Below are positions 26,029-39,130 of a stretch of 64,000 nt of DNA, in pieces (the stretch's first letter is position 1; each line of letters starts with the position of its first letter). Both the position numbers and the translations under genes were made by a program. The notes beneath the pieces are model-generated. The model ran no database searches. It was given only the letters and a program-made list of their open reading frames with translations, and was not told the DNA's origin. This DNA is from Antedon mediterranea (taxonomy: Eukaryota > Animalia > Echinodermata), in the NCBI RefSeq assembly GCF_964355755.1, contig NC_092672.1, forward strand, positions 23,139,237 through 23,203,236. Reading direction: 5' to 3'.

Positions 26029-26184
26029 GTTAGTGGTTATTATTAGATCATGTATCATATGGACAGTTTGTCTGAAAATACATGAATATACATAATAGCA
26101 TAACATCTTGGTGTCATTAGCAGAATAGTTGATTTAATACTGGTATTCTTGATTATGACTAATGTATATGTTTATTTTGCATAG

Positions 26185-26229
26185 ATGCACCTATTGCTGC
26201 TCCTTTGGCTGCAAGCTCATTAGGGACAG
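26185..26229 (+). CDS. ROCO gene 45-nt microexon (copy 2)
   Basis: Same acceptor context (tatgtttattttgcatag); DAPIAAPLAASSLGT; phase 1-1. Confidence 0.7.
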
Positions 26230-26869
26230 GTAAAGGTGAGTAACATTAGATAGGGCAGTGTTACAACCATTTATGTAGTACCAGCTATAATAAAACTACT
26301 GCTAAGAAAGAAACATTAAAGATATCATATCATTTATTTCATTTGAACAAATACAAACATGAAAACAGAACAAATGTAAATCAATGAGGCAGGATTACCT
26401 AAAATAACAGCCGAGAAGCCAAATAAGACATTCAAACATATTTAAAACATAATTAAAAACAAATTTTTTGTAAGAAAGTTAAAATTGCTGTATATGAATG
26501 ACAAGATAGTTTAAATTGTATGAAGTTAAATATATTACAGCAAAATCCACCACAGGTTAGCTAATTCTTTAAAATAATCAAAGCCGAACAAATCAGAATG
26601 GAATCATGCTAATGTTTGTTCTAACTTTCAGAAACATCAAATTATCAACATTATTTTCTTTGATATTATTAATTTGAATACTATAATAACAATTTTCAAA
26701 TAGTAGACAAAACTTTTCTACGTAGGAAAGGTGGTCACAATAATAACTAAACATCCTTGAAAACAGATTGTGTGTATACTTCTAAAGACTGATCATTTGA
26801 AATATATTAAGTCAAACTAAATAATTTATGAATATGATGAAAACACTTTTATTTAATATTAATTTTAAT

Positions 26870-27395
26870 TCCCTCGTCCAACCATCTTTCAATTTCTGTT
26901 CAATTATTTACAACTCACTCTCTGCTTCTCAAGCCTCCAGAATAGATCGGACCCATAACAAGTTCTTGCACTTTGTCGGCCCATCAGCCAACCTGCCTCC
27001 TATTGTTTCCCCGACATCTAGGAGAGCAAGACAGGATTTGCACTTCCTGTATAAATGTCTTACTTCTAGTTTGATTGTAATCTTGTTTCGTTGTTTTATT
27101 TTAATGTTCCTGTTTGTAATCTTCGTGGTAAACCCTTTCTTCTTGTTAAATTTTCTTGTGTCAATGTTTGTAAAAATGGTATTTTCTGTAGACTCTCGTC
27201 ATTGTACAATTCATGTCTTTTAAACAATAATTCTTTAGATATTTTTAACTGTAATTTTTCTCAATTTAAATGTATTATTAATGAAATTATTTACATTTTC
27301 TTTTTTACATTTTTGTATATATTTATATTGGCTCATATTTTATAGTTTAGTTATTTTATTTTTTTACACTGTTGGTTTGAAATAAAGAATAAAGA
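26870..27395 (+). mobile_element. 3' fragment of a CR1-group LINE
   Basis: LVQPSFNFCSIIY...RIDRTHNKFL...RRARQDLHFLYKCL resembles a CR1 ORF2 C-terminus; A-rich tail. Confidence 0.6.
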
Positions 27396-27607
27396 AATTC
27401 AAAAGTTGAGGCCTTAAAATTATACAAAAAAATATGGAAACCGTCATCATTAATTGAAGTTTAGCTTCAAATTATTTTCCATATCAAGCCCAACTGTGTT
27501 AATATAGAGCCTGATTTATTCCTTTTCTCAATGCAACTAAACAAAAGGAAACAGGCCTATGATTAATATGGTGAATAGTATTCATTAAAAATAATTCTTT
27601 ATTACAG

Positions 27608-28140
27608 AAACAAGTCCAAATTCACCTGAAGACAAGTTAAACAAGTTAAATTATGATCTCAGTGAAGTCTTTATGAAGAATACGAGAAAATTCTTATTTT
27701 TGAGATGTTGTCTCTTTGATGAAGTAGATTTACAAGTCCTTGGCAATAAAGATTACAAAGCAAATGATTATTTTAATGAACTCGCTGATAAAGGAAAGAT
27801 CAAACCAACCGACGTCAACCTTCTGCTTGAAGTGGCAACACTATCAGAAATTAAACATGCTAAAGATCTTGTAAAACAGTATATGAATGACAACAATGTA
27901 CAAATTAGTAGTCAGCAGAAGTTGTCCCCATATAGAAAAAGATTGTGTAAGGCATTGGAACAGTTTAACCCAAGTGAGTTGAATAGAGTTACAGCTTGTT
28001 ATCAATTGGAACAACCAACCATTTGGGATGTAACATTTTATTTAGAGAGCAAATCCAAATTGGTAGATGAATCAGAAAGAGAGAAGTTTGCTAAGCTGCT
28101 TGGACCAATCCCAAATAAAATAATGTGTAAGTCAATTTGA
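27608..28140 (+). CDS. ROCO gene terminal exon: tandem death-effector-domain (DED)-like modules
   Basis: ttacag|aa aca agt...; DYFNELADKGKIKPTDVNLLLEVATL...DLVKQY then LSPYRKRLCKALEQFNPSELNRV...IWDVTFYLESK resemble the two DEDs of caspase-8/cFLIP prodomains; TGA ends at 28140. Confidence 0.8.
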
Positions 28141-30545
28141 GAGATATCTTACCTTAAATCCACAGATTGTAGGTCACGTAAATATTCTCCCACAATAACT
28201 GGCATCAAACCAGAATTTTTAGAAAAGGGTAAAAATATATTGAGAATACATTGAAAATACATCAAACTTTATGTGACAAAACAATGTGATGTGCAATTTT
28301 ATGGACATGATGATGTCATATCACTTCCATATTTGGGAACATCACTACCATAGTTGGGCACATCACTACCATATTTGGACACATCACACATTTTTGTCAA
28401 ACTAATTTGATAGTGTAGACAGAGCTTACAACTGCCATTTGAGCAGGCAAATACTGTTTTATTACTATTTGTGTTATTTATTCTTAATTATTTTATAGTA
28501 ATGTTAATTATCATCATGTGTCAGGAAACTGTAAAAGGGGATTTTGTGCTAAAACAATAACATCCAGAATTAAATAGTCAAAGATTTAAATGTTTCATTG
28601 GTATAGCTTATTGACCTGACTAAACTTTTAAACTTATCTTGTAAAGATAAAGTAAAATTTGGTGTTTTATGTATTAATCACTGCCGATGATTTAGAAAGG
28701 TTTAATAAGCTCTCTAAACAAACTTGCTAACAGTACATTTACTAAAGCCAAATTAGTAGAGTTAGAGTTACTGCATAAATACATATTTCATATTCTATTT
28801 TAATAAATGATATACAATCTTTTTTGTATTGTATTTTTGTTGTCTATTTTCTTTTAAATCTCAACGCGAGTCACAAGTAAACTCATTATATAATGATAAG
28901 GTAAATTGGTTGGTTTCAACATAGGCAATTGACTATGGTACCAAAATAATAAATGTTTGTTATTATTATGGTATCTCTGAATTTAGTAAATGACTTGGCT
29001 ATTGACTTGCCTAATGCAAATGAGATCATTTGTAGAAATTAGACTTACAGAATTTGATTAATGGCCAATATCACCTTTATATGATTGACAGACTTACTAA
29101 ACAGGACGAAAGGTATGGAGATTGGATCATTCACTGTATAACAGCAATTATATAAATCTCTACCATATTTTTGACCCCTGGTCAATATCAAATTGACTAA
29201 TGGTTGCCAAGGTATGGGACATATTTTTAGTATGGTATCATTGTGTCTATTTTGTATTAGAAAACTTTTCGCTAATTTTTATTTTGTTTACTTGCATTTT
29301 TGTGGAAATACAATTTTTTTTAAAGAATAAAAAACCTGACATAGTTCATATTTTGACACACCACCTGATTATGCAAATTATGTATTACATTCTCTTTAGG
29401 TTGGCATAGCTAAATAGTGTTTATCCTTAAAATTCAGGAAAGTGGCATAGCCTATTGTGTGCGGCCCATCAATAAACATCAGTGTGCCAAATGTGAGCAT
29501 GTACCGTTCAGTGGTTTTGCTTTATACATTGATACCAACAATTATGAGCATGGAAAACTGCACTTACAGATATTTGTGTCCCTACCCCAAAATTGTCCAA
29601 AACTGTGGAACTGATTGGTATAATTAGAAATGCATTAAAATCCCACCTTAGGGATGAAAATATTAATGTTAACATCGATTTTTGTGTTCACTGGATATAG
29701 ATGACGAAATATGTACGTAGTGTAGACCTCTCAGATCCCATGTACTGTATTTTGTTGCATGTAACCCGTTTTTTTTTCACTACTTCAATGCTCAAACTTG
29801 TGGCCATGGCAAGAACTTAATCCCAAGATGATTCCTGATTTTTGTTAATCTTCCCCTGGCCAACAGAATAGACCACTTTCATTAGTCTAGTGTGCAAGGC
29901 TATCAAAAACTTGATAGCCTTGGTCTGTGTACCTTCTTTAAAGTTGTCTTTTCTATAAATATATTGGGTTGGATGGAACAACTCAGTAACCATGTACTTC
30001 ATCGGAGTAAAAATCTAAATTTGTGAACTATGATCTAATCGGATGCTATAAAGGATATTACTTTTATAATTTACAGTCACTTTCTTTTTTATGTAAAAAA
30101 AATAGAATAAAAGAATACTAAAATCAAACATTGAAAAGTCATTTTGTAGTTTTAATCAGGTTATTTAAAAAATAATGATTTAGCTTATAAAAAATAAAAA
30201 ACAGTAAATCAAATAAAAACCCATTGAATTTCAGACAATGGGCTTCCAGTTTACTACTTTTTTTAAAATTTTATTAGGTTAAATAATTTTTCGTTTCCAT
30301 AAATTTTTTTGTCAAACTAGTGTAACATTAAAAAATAAAAAAAATATGTGGGGATCATTTAAGCATTTGACCTTTAACATTGTATCTACAGAAGAAAGCA
30401 CATAGTCTGAGAGATGGATCAATATAGTGCACATATTTTACCATTGGTCTTAATATGATTTTTGTGTGTGACATACTTTGGTACATCTGAAAACCCGATT
30501 CTTAAGTGTTGTGAGTGCTGGGTCTTGGGGTCAGAGGTCAATGAC

Positions 30546-32223
30546 CTAGTTGCCATTTCTGGCATTATTATGCTTTTTGGCATTATTTGGAGGCCCACGG
30601 CATCTGGCATAATGCCGCGGCATTATTTAGCCGTTTTTAGCATAATCTGGCATAATTTTGTGTTTTTTGAACAACCAAAAAAATAATATACCACAGAACA
30701 AAAATAAAATATTTTGTTAATACATATCACCTTACGCAATATCATATCGTACAAAACAGATCTGTTCGGGTTTTCCGTACAATAGTTCTTCCATCCTTTC
30801 GTTTCGGACTTAATCGGCTCTTCGGATAGGAAGGCTGCTCGAAAACTACCGTGTGTGCGATATAGGCAGCACAACAAATCCGAAGAGGCTACCTATTGGC
30901 CAATTATGTTGCTCTATTTCAGAGACCATGCAGGTTATTGGATCCCCAGATATAGAGACAATTGAACGAAAACACATTATGAAAGGGGTTTTGTTTTTTC
31001 AGTTCATAATTATAAGCGGCCACACCCCTACCCCAACCCTTAAAATGGCAATTTCCGGTAACTAGAAGCTCTAATTTTAAAAAGAATTTCTTCTAGAGAT
31101 TTTGTTTTCCATATTTCAAATTATGTTCCATTGCATCGTCGTAGCAACCCTATATTTCCAAATGTTCTTCACCTCTCAGTGACCATGATGGGGCGAGGTC
31201 CTAGGGACTCTTGTACATTTTTATTTAAAATTAAGTGCAATTTCCGGCCATCTAGCAGCTCTATTATTCCAATTTGTTTTACCTCAGCCCCAACCATGGT
31301 GGGGCTGAGGTCCTGGAAACACTTAATATATATTTTTATTTCCTATTTTAAATTATAATTGGCACTTTCAAAACTATCATGGGCTAAGATCCTGGAGGTA
31401 CTAATAAATTTATTTTATATTTGAAATTAAGTGCCATTTCCGGCCATTGAGCAGCTCTATTTTTTCAAATTTTCTTACCTCAGCCCCAACCATGAGGTCC
31501 TGGAGACACAATTAATATATATTTTGATTTCCTATTTTAAATTATAAGTGCCATTTTCGAACTATGGTGGGCTAAGATCATGGAGACACGTCTATATATT
31601 TTTATTTCATATTTTAAATTAAGTGCCATTTCCGGCCATCGAGTAGCTGTATTTTTCCAAATTTTCTTATCAACCATGGTGGGGCTGAGGTCCTGGAGAC
31701 ACTCAAAATAATTTTTTTTATTTCCTATTTTAAATGATAATTTCCATTTTCTAATTATGGTGGCTATAAGATCCTTTAATTTTTTTAATTAAGTGCAAAG
31801 ATCCCGGCCATCGAGCAGCTTTCATATTTCAGCTCAAAAATTATAAATTTCCATGGCTGTTTTTTTTTTTTTTTTAGGGTGGGGGGGGGGGGTCGGGGTT
31901 GGTGTTGGTGTCATTTGCATTTGCAATTACCATTTTCGCACCCCAGATATTTAGAATTATTAGTTATTACTCACAAAACTAAAAATATAAATTTTGTACG
32001 ACATGGGGATACAATTTTAGGCCCTATTTTGTGTCAGTTGGGGTTTTACCAAAGATAGTGTAGTAGACTACTACACTATCTTTGGTTTTTACGTTTATTA
32101 GACATACAACCGTTGGTGGCGCTGTTTAGGGCCACATTTTGGGGATCTGGCATTATTTTTCCCAATCTGGCATTATTTGAGACAGGATACGGCATAATTT
32201 AAATTTTATCGCTGGCAACGCTG
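30546..32223. mobile_element. Non-autonomous TIR-type element nested in the left Academ TIR
   Basis: Absent from the right TIR, where atac stands in its place; ends ctagttgcca... and ...ctggcaacgctg; ggcattatt/ggcataat subterminal repeats; internal repeats of about 180 bp at 31170-31830. Confidence 0.7.
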
Positions 32224-32815
32224 TTTTTGACCCACATTTTACCAATATTTTTATTTGATGGCACAGGACATGTTAACGTACATCAATTTCTTTGAAATTA
32301 GGCTCAAATTAAAGCTGATGAATTATACTAAACATTGATTTTCATTAAAAGTCATTTCAGTCATTATTTTACAAAATATTTGTAAAATAAAGATTTTTTT
32401 TTCATTTTTTGGGTAAAATTTGATATTTTTATTTTTTTTAAATATCAATAGCTAAATAATATATTCTTCAATATTTTTCGAGCAACTTTTAAAAACTGCT
32501 CCAGTCATATAGGAGTGGATGTAAAAAAAAAATGTTTAATTTGTGTTACATTGTGACCGTGTATACGTAAAATAACAATTTTCACTCATTTTTGGATAAA
32601 AATTGCAAAAAAATGCTATCTCGTGAACTACTTGTCGTACAACGATACATTTTGCATCAATTGAAAGCCAATGGTGATGTTTATATTCATTGTAATAGAA
32701 ACTTTTATTATTAACCTACTATAAATGACTAAAAAATAAAAAAATGTATATCATTTTTAATATTAAATTCAAAATTTTGCTTTCAGAATTATGCACATAC
32801 GGTTGATTTTAATTT

Positions 32816-33232
32816 CTAGTCTTCCATCTCATCCTCACTGTGCAAATCATCTTCATCCAATACCATTTCAGGGCACCTACGTCCTTTATACCATTCAATT
32901 TCAAATATCTTCCCATCACCACTTAGTTTCCAACCTCTGTTATTTGGTTCAATCTCCATTGGATTTGCCATTATGGCATTCTTCCATATTAGTGCGACAT
33001 AATTTGTCCTCTCAATTTTTTGGCAAAGCACTGACTTGCAAGGTGGTAGGCATGTTGGATCAGATGTCTTGATCGTCTCAAGCGGATTCTCTCCATCCTG
33101 TGGTGCATATATTTTATCAAATATTTCTAATCTTGCCTTGTTTACTTTCTTCAATTTTGGTCTACTGTACATAGCACATACAAATTCTTCTAGAATATCT
33201 AAAGTGCTATCTCTAACATTTTCGGACAATCC
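32816..33232 (-). CDS. C-terminal segment of the Academ transposase, separated from the main ORF by the LINE
   Basis: LEEFVCAMY...VNKARLEIF...LPPCKSVLCQKIERTNYVALIW...GW aligns with the C-terminus encoded in the 14463-18308 element. Confidence 0.85.
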   Translation of the reverse strand, partial: GLSENVRDSTLDILEEFVCAMYSRPKLKKVNKARLEIFDKIYAPQDGENPLETIKTSDPTCLPPCKSVLCQKIERTNYVALIWKNAIMANPMEIEPNNRGWKLSGDGKIFEIEWYKGRRCPEMVLDEDDLHSEDEMED

Positions 33233-33306
33233 ATGACGTGCTCAGGATAAGACGTGTATAGCGAGCGCTCCTCATTTGACTACAATTTACACGGCGTGTA
33301 TGCATC

Positions 33307-33851
33307 ATGGCCACCAAACCCAAGACTCGCTCTCGCCCAGCCGATATTGAAAGTGCTTGTTCCAACCCTGTGGACTTTAACAATTTTGTACATGCTTCCC
33401 TAAAATCATTATTAGATGGGCAGGCAAAAATTAAAGAGGATTTGAACCAAGCTATTGGATTTAACTCGGACAGAATCGCAGCACTCGAAGAAAACGATAT
33501 TATCAAGGCTAACAAGATTGGTCAACTCGAACAAACGGTTGATAAACTATCATCTACGGTTGCGAAGCTCGAACTAGAGGCCAACAAATCCGAACGCTTC
33601 AGCCGACGTAACAACGTTCGAATTGTGGGACTTAAAGAAGAATCAGGTGAGGATTGTGTTGTCTTGGCCAGGAACATTCTAATAGATAACTTTGAATTTA
33701 GTGAAATACCAACGATAGAGCGTGCACATCGAGTCGGTCCTGTACTGCCGGTGAGGCCCCGACACATCATAATTAAACTACTTAGTTATAACTCTAAAGT
33801 TCAAGTCATGAAACAGAAGAATATTGCCTTACAAGATAAACAGTTTTACGT
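33307..33851 (+). CDS. LINE ORF1 (coiled-coil plus RRM, L1-ORF1-like), C-terminally truncated
   Basis: SRRNNVRIVGLKEESGED...IERAHRVG...PRHIIIKLL motifs. Confidence 0.85.
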
Positions 33852-34718
33852 GATATTTACAATTCGTCAGTATCTTTATCTTACTTTTTATATGCAGATG
33901 ACACAACACTAATCTGTAAAAATCGACACTTAGAGTCGTTATTTAACACTGTAAATACAAGTTTAATTAATGTATCCGAATGGTTTCTGGCAAACAGCCT
34001 TTCTGTAAATCTAAAAAAGTGCAGCTATGTTTTGTTTAGAAGTAGTACGATGCCGATTAAATTAGGTCCATTGCAAATTAAACTAAATGGTTCTGTTCTC
34101 CCCATGGTCAATCATGCAAAATTTTTGGGTGTATCCATTGATAGTCGTCTGACATGGAAACCCCATGTTATTGAGACAGAAAACAAAATCTCAAAAAATA
34201 TTGGTATAATTTGTAGACTGGCATCTTTTCTTCCACATCATATTCTCCGAACACTCTACTGCTCCCTTGTTTTGCCATATCTTTTATATTGCAATATCGT
34301 TTGGTGTAACACATTCCCATCTAATTTAAATAAACTTCAAATACTACAAAAGAAAATCATTCGAATAATTTCGAATGTTTCACCTAGAACTAGTACAGAT
34401 CCTCTATTTCGTTCTCTCAAATTATTAAAATTAACAGATATTAATATTTTCCAACAATGTTTATTTATTTACAAAAGCCAAAATGCTCTTCTTCCATCTC
34501 ATTTACGCGATATGTTTTCTCCCAATTATGAATTTCACGGCTATTCCACAAGAATCCTCAATAACCTTCATATTCCTAAACATAAAAAGACTTTTTTTCA
34601 ACATAATATTAGATTTACTGGACCCAAGATATGGAACTCACTTCCTAACAAAATTACAACTTCTGCAAACAAACATAGCTTCGTCTTTAACACTAAACAA
34701 TATCTAATACAAAAGTAA
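33852..34718 (+). pseudogene. LINE ORF2 reverse transcriptase C-terminal fragment
   Basis: DIYNSSVSLSYFLYADDTTL...WFLANSLSVNLKK...KFLGVSIDSRLTWKPH...GPKIWNSLP, one open frame. Confidence 0.88.
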
Positions 34719-35039
34719 ATTAATTAACTAGTTATATTCTAGGTATCAGTTTTTTATTGTTTTCATATTCCGTTATGGTAATTACTTTATTCCTATATAC
34801 CATTTACTATTATTTACTAATTTGATTTTAGTTACTTTTTGTTTTGTTCAGGCACTTTCAACACAAGCTTTTGCTTTTTAGAAATTGTGCCTCCTTCATA
34901 ATATTGTTTTATTCATGTTAAAGATGAGAAAAAAAAAATTGTATTGTTTTAACTATCTTTCTTCTCGTCATGAATTTTGTGTATTATATTATTTATTTTG
35001 TATATTATGAAGGAAATAAATGTTATTATGAAATGAAAT

Positions 35040-38000
35040 GAAAAATTAAATGCCTCAGTAAATCGTCTTGATTCAACCATTAAACCATAGGGCCGTAGCT
35101 TTCCTTTCCGCAAAAATGCAGCAGTGTAGTCGCATCCAGTAAATGCGTGATACGCAGGTAAAGCAGAACAAACCGTTGGTCCTATGCTTGTTGCTATTTT
35201 GCTAACGTTAATGAATCTTTGTGAGTTTTTCGAAGATAGTCCAACATCCATTAAGATGGATACTTTTAGTGTGGAAGCAAAATACAAGAGCAATATGAAA
35301 ACATCTGTGTCACTTGCTCGAACAACACAAGTAGATGGTCTTGGAATTTGCTCAGATACATATCTGGCATGAAACATGATGCGGGTATCTGCCTCTAAAT
35401 GATCACAGGCAAGCTCCTGTACCAAATTTCGATGCATTTTTCCGTCAAAAACTTGATATCTGTAGCAATTCTTTCCAATAGCAAAGTAGAATATGTGATT
35501 ATTCAGTACTTTAGCATAACTGTCATGTTGCCATTCATCTTTTAGAAATTCCAGTAAAGCATTCTTGAAATTGGATGACAGTAGAGAGTTCATGAAGTCA
35601 GTGGGTCGCTTTTGTTCGCCACCTTTAATGATAAATGCTCCTTCATTATCCCCACGTGAGGCCCTTTCCAGATCTTTAATACTTGGACTGATATCATATC
35701 GATCGCATATCAGATGTATTACAGGACATTTGAATGTACATGCTTTTTCCATAATCACTCTAGCTATTCCAGCGAATGAGAAAGGCAATGTTGGAAGTGT
35801 TCTAAAGAAGAACATGGCATCAATAAGGTATACATCAGCGCTCACCTGACCAATATATGGTTCAGATATTTTCTCCAATTTATCTATTAAGGCTGATTTC
35901 TTGGTTTTGTTCATTTTACCATCATAATGACACAGTGAAATTGGAACTGCTAGTAACGGATATTCAAGGAGAATTTGAAGATCAATATTTTGCTTTGTTG
36001 CCAAAAACAACAACCGTCCAAACAGATCTCTTGTACATCGTACTTCCTTAACTTTCAGATCTTTTGTTTTAACTTTCATTTTAACACTGTCATAGGCAAA
36101 GTTTTTGACTTTGTTTCGTTTGATAGGTTTCTGAAACCTTTCAGGACTTGTCTTACATTCACTGATGAAACTGTCACTCCGTTCATTGCCTATTTTGTAA
36201 AATTTCAACATATCATTTGCTACAGTCGACGATGACGCTCTTCCAGTTTCAACACTGTACAGATTGTTGTTGTTGCAACTCGGATCAAACGGGTTTAAGG
36301 TTACTTTAAAGCATTCTACAATCTTGTTTAGATCCGAATTGTCCCTTTTAATACGGTTAGTATTCAATTCTTGTGATACTTCATCTCTGTTTTTTAAACC
36401 AGCATACTCCATCAGACTACCAACTATGTTGGCACGAATCGGTCTTGTTAACATCCATCTTCGTCGTGTTGCCTCATTATTTGTAAAAGCTGCAATTCCA
36501 GTATGTCTGGAAGCAGCATCTTTGTTGACTGTTTGCTCTAGTGTTAAGTCAACTGGACTTCTGGAAAAGTGTTTTGAAGTTCGTCTAATAGAAATCGCCC
36601 CATTTTCCAGCATTTGTCTGACTTCCTCTGACATGTTGAGGAGGTTCATATGATAACGGACCATCCATTTAGCATAATTAGGTCTATGGACAGCAAAAAA
36701 GACTGGATATATTATTCCTAGAGCATAAACAAACAATGAAACATCATTGGTTCTGATGGCTCTATCAAACATAAGATAATTCTTAACAAGATCAACGTAT
36801 CCTATCCAGTATTGGGCAGTGGCACCATGTCTTCCGTTTCTGGAATCCTCAGTATACTGCTCATATTTGTTCAGAATTCTGGTAAATTCTTGTGACTGTT
36901 CAATGTTTTCTAATGTATCAGTATTATCTTGTAGCTTTGCCAATTGTCTAGTTATTTTGTCGTGGATTTCGACATCCTCACTTTGAATGACAAACTGTCT
37001 TATGTGTAAAATCTCAACAGCAGCAGCAAACATTGGATGTATTCTCTTACATCTGTTAAAACATTTCCCAGACAAAAAACCGTTCAGTGAACCTTCTGCT
37101 AGAACCTCACATGTAGACAGAATATGAGGACCACCGGATCCATCAAGGTAGTAGCCTAAACAAGCAAAGTAGGTCATTTCAATATGAAATGGTCCAAAGC
37201 ACACAAATAAGTTATCAAATCTAGGAGCTTCAGTTGCTTGTATCTGCAGGGCTGGCTTAGCAATGGCAAGGTCATAATGTACTACTATAATGTCTTGATT
37301 GCATTCTTTCGCAACCTGTTGAGATCGTTTCATAGTCTCCTTGACAACATCTAACCGAGTTGGTGGTAATGGTATGTTTTCCATGTAGTGGATCATTTGT
37401 GCTGGTAGATTATCTTCAGTAGTTAGGGAATTCCATCCTCGCCACATTGGTGTGTCTCTCAGAAATGCACATGACAATATCCAAATTGTGTCTCTTCTAC
37501 CACATGCCTTGACATTCCTTGGAGTATCCATTGATGTGTTGCTATATGAGAACTGTTTTACACTTGGTTTTACTCGCATTGGCTCAATATGTAGAGTTAT
37601 TTCATCCAACTTCCTTTTCTTACTATGACCTGATGCTTGATCCAGTTTTCTTTTAGTTGAAGTTTTCTCTACAATAGTTGCACATTTATTTTGGTAGCAA
37701 ATACCAACAGTGTCATGTAATGTCCCTTTTCCTGAGAGTGTCTGAACCAGTTCATCGTAATTATCCCAAGCTATGCCCGTTGCTGCCGTGTTGGTCAGTA
37801 TAGCACCATCTGGTGTAGTACGTTGTGTATCAATAACCTGATTTGCAAAGTCTGTTTCCATTTTTTCTGCGACATGATATCCAATTGAATGGCCAAAACG
37901 ATTTAATATCTCAATAATCTTCCTACTACCAGTCATGCTTTTAATTCCAATCCCCATATACACTTGCTTCCAAGGTTTTACTACTCCTTTTGTTACAATA

Positions 38001-39130
38001 TATATTACGTCATCACATGACGATTTCACACGTCGACTGATATCCTCAGAAACCTCCTTCTGCTTACCAGAGTAAAGTATTTCAAAGAATGTTTTAAGGA
38101 TTTGTGGTGTCTCCACCTGATTATCACTAACACTGTCTATGGTTTCATTTGTAGACATATTTTTTAGGTTCATAACTGCAGCACGAAGCTGAAGTGCAGT
38201 CCCTATGAGATGAAATTCATCCTTGGAGGAATCAAAGAATATTGCTCTTTGTAGTGCCACATCTCTACTTATTCCCGATTTATAAACAACCAATCCTCTC
38301 GTTTTTTTAATTTCTTCGACGAGAATCTCCTGTCCAAACATAGATCCAACCTTATCCTTAAACCTAAAGGTGGAGCTATAAGGCATTTCCGCCATACTAA
38401 TAGATTTAAAAAAACGTTTGTACTTTTCCCGTATTGATGTCAAGAACTCTGGTTGCTCAGAGTCCAGCACTAACGTCTGTATGTATTTCTTGATGTACTC
38501 TAATGCTTCTTGTGTCTTTTCTGAATCCATTTTCTTTCCTTCTTCGTTTTTAACTTTATTTGCCTGATTTATATATTGTCTTCTGCATGTGTTATGATAT
38601 TTTACTTCCTTTGAATGGAATCCAATGTTTCCTATTTTGGCTTGCATAACAGAGTCACCTAATATAACGGCAGCTTCTTTGATATTCTGCTCTGCTGTAT
38701 CTAATTCACAGCTGGTAAGTCGGGTTTCTTTTCTTTTTTCTGTCTTTCTTTCATGGTCACAAAATATACATACATTTCCAAAAACACCTGTTGGTTTAGA
38801 AGAATGATGGGATACATTTTTACGAAGGGTTTTTTCATGCCTTGTATTATCTGTCGAACTAGGTGTTTTACATTTTGATTTTGGTAAAGCGGTAAATGAT
38901 TTATAGCACTTTATGTGGTAGCCATCTTTTTCGGTGTAAATGTCTGGAAGCTTTTTGCAGATTTCGATATATTTTGATAAATGGGCTTTTGGCTTTGACA
39001 TGCGTTCAATTGACGCCTCTTTAATTTTCTTCCATGCACTATTATTCAATTTATGTACACCTTCAGACGTCGATGGGCCTGCATCTTCGGTTCTGGTACC
39101 AATGTGTATTACACATCGCAAATCGTCCAT
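35040..39130 (-). CDS. Academ transposase (DDE-type core plus XPG/PIN-like nuclease), main ORF
   Basis: About 1360 uninterrupted codons: GIAWDNYDE, VHYDLAIAK, GPFHIEM, DLTLEQTVNK (candidate DDE core); LIDAMFF, ICDRY, IKDLERASRG, HLEADTRIMFH, ASDTDVFILL, HAFTGCDYT (FEN1/XPG-like acidic motifs). The last about 30 aa of the called ORF are LINE read-through. Confidence 0.9.

Larger units (their letters stand above)
33234..35043 (+). mobile_element. Internally deleted LINE (CR1/L2/Crack-like RT) inserted in the Academ ORF
   Basis: 5' UTR, ORF1, direct jump to the RT YADDT region at about 33852, 3' UTR, aataaa and (tgaaa)n tail. Confidence 0.85.

Noticed and set aside
34949-35039. C-terminal about 30 aa of the 1393-aa ORF
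   Set aside because: Read-through into the antisense LINE tail; the true C-terminus is at 32816-33232.
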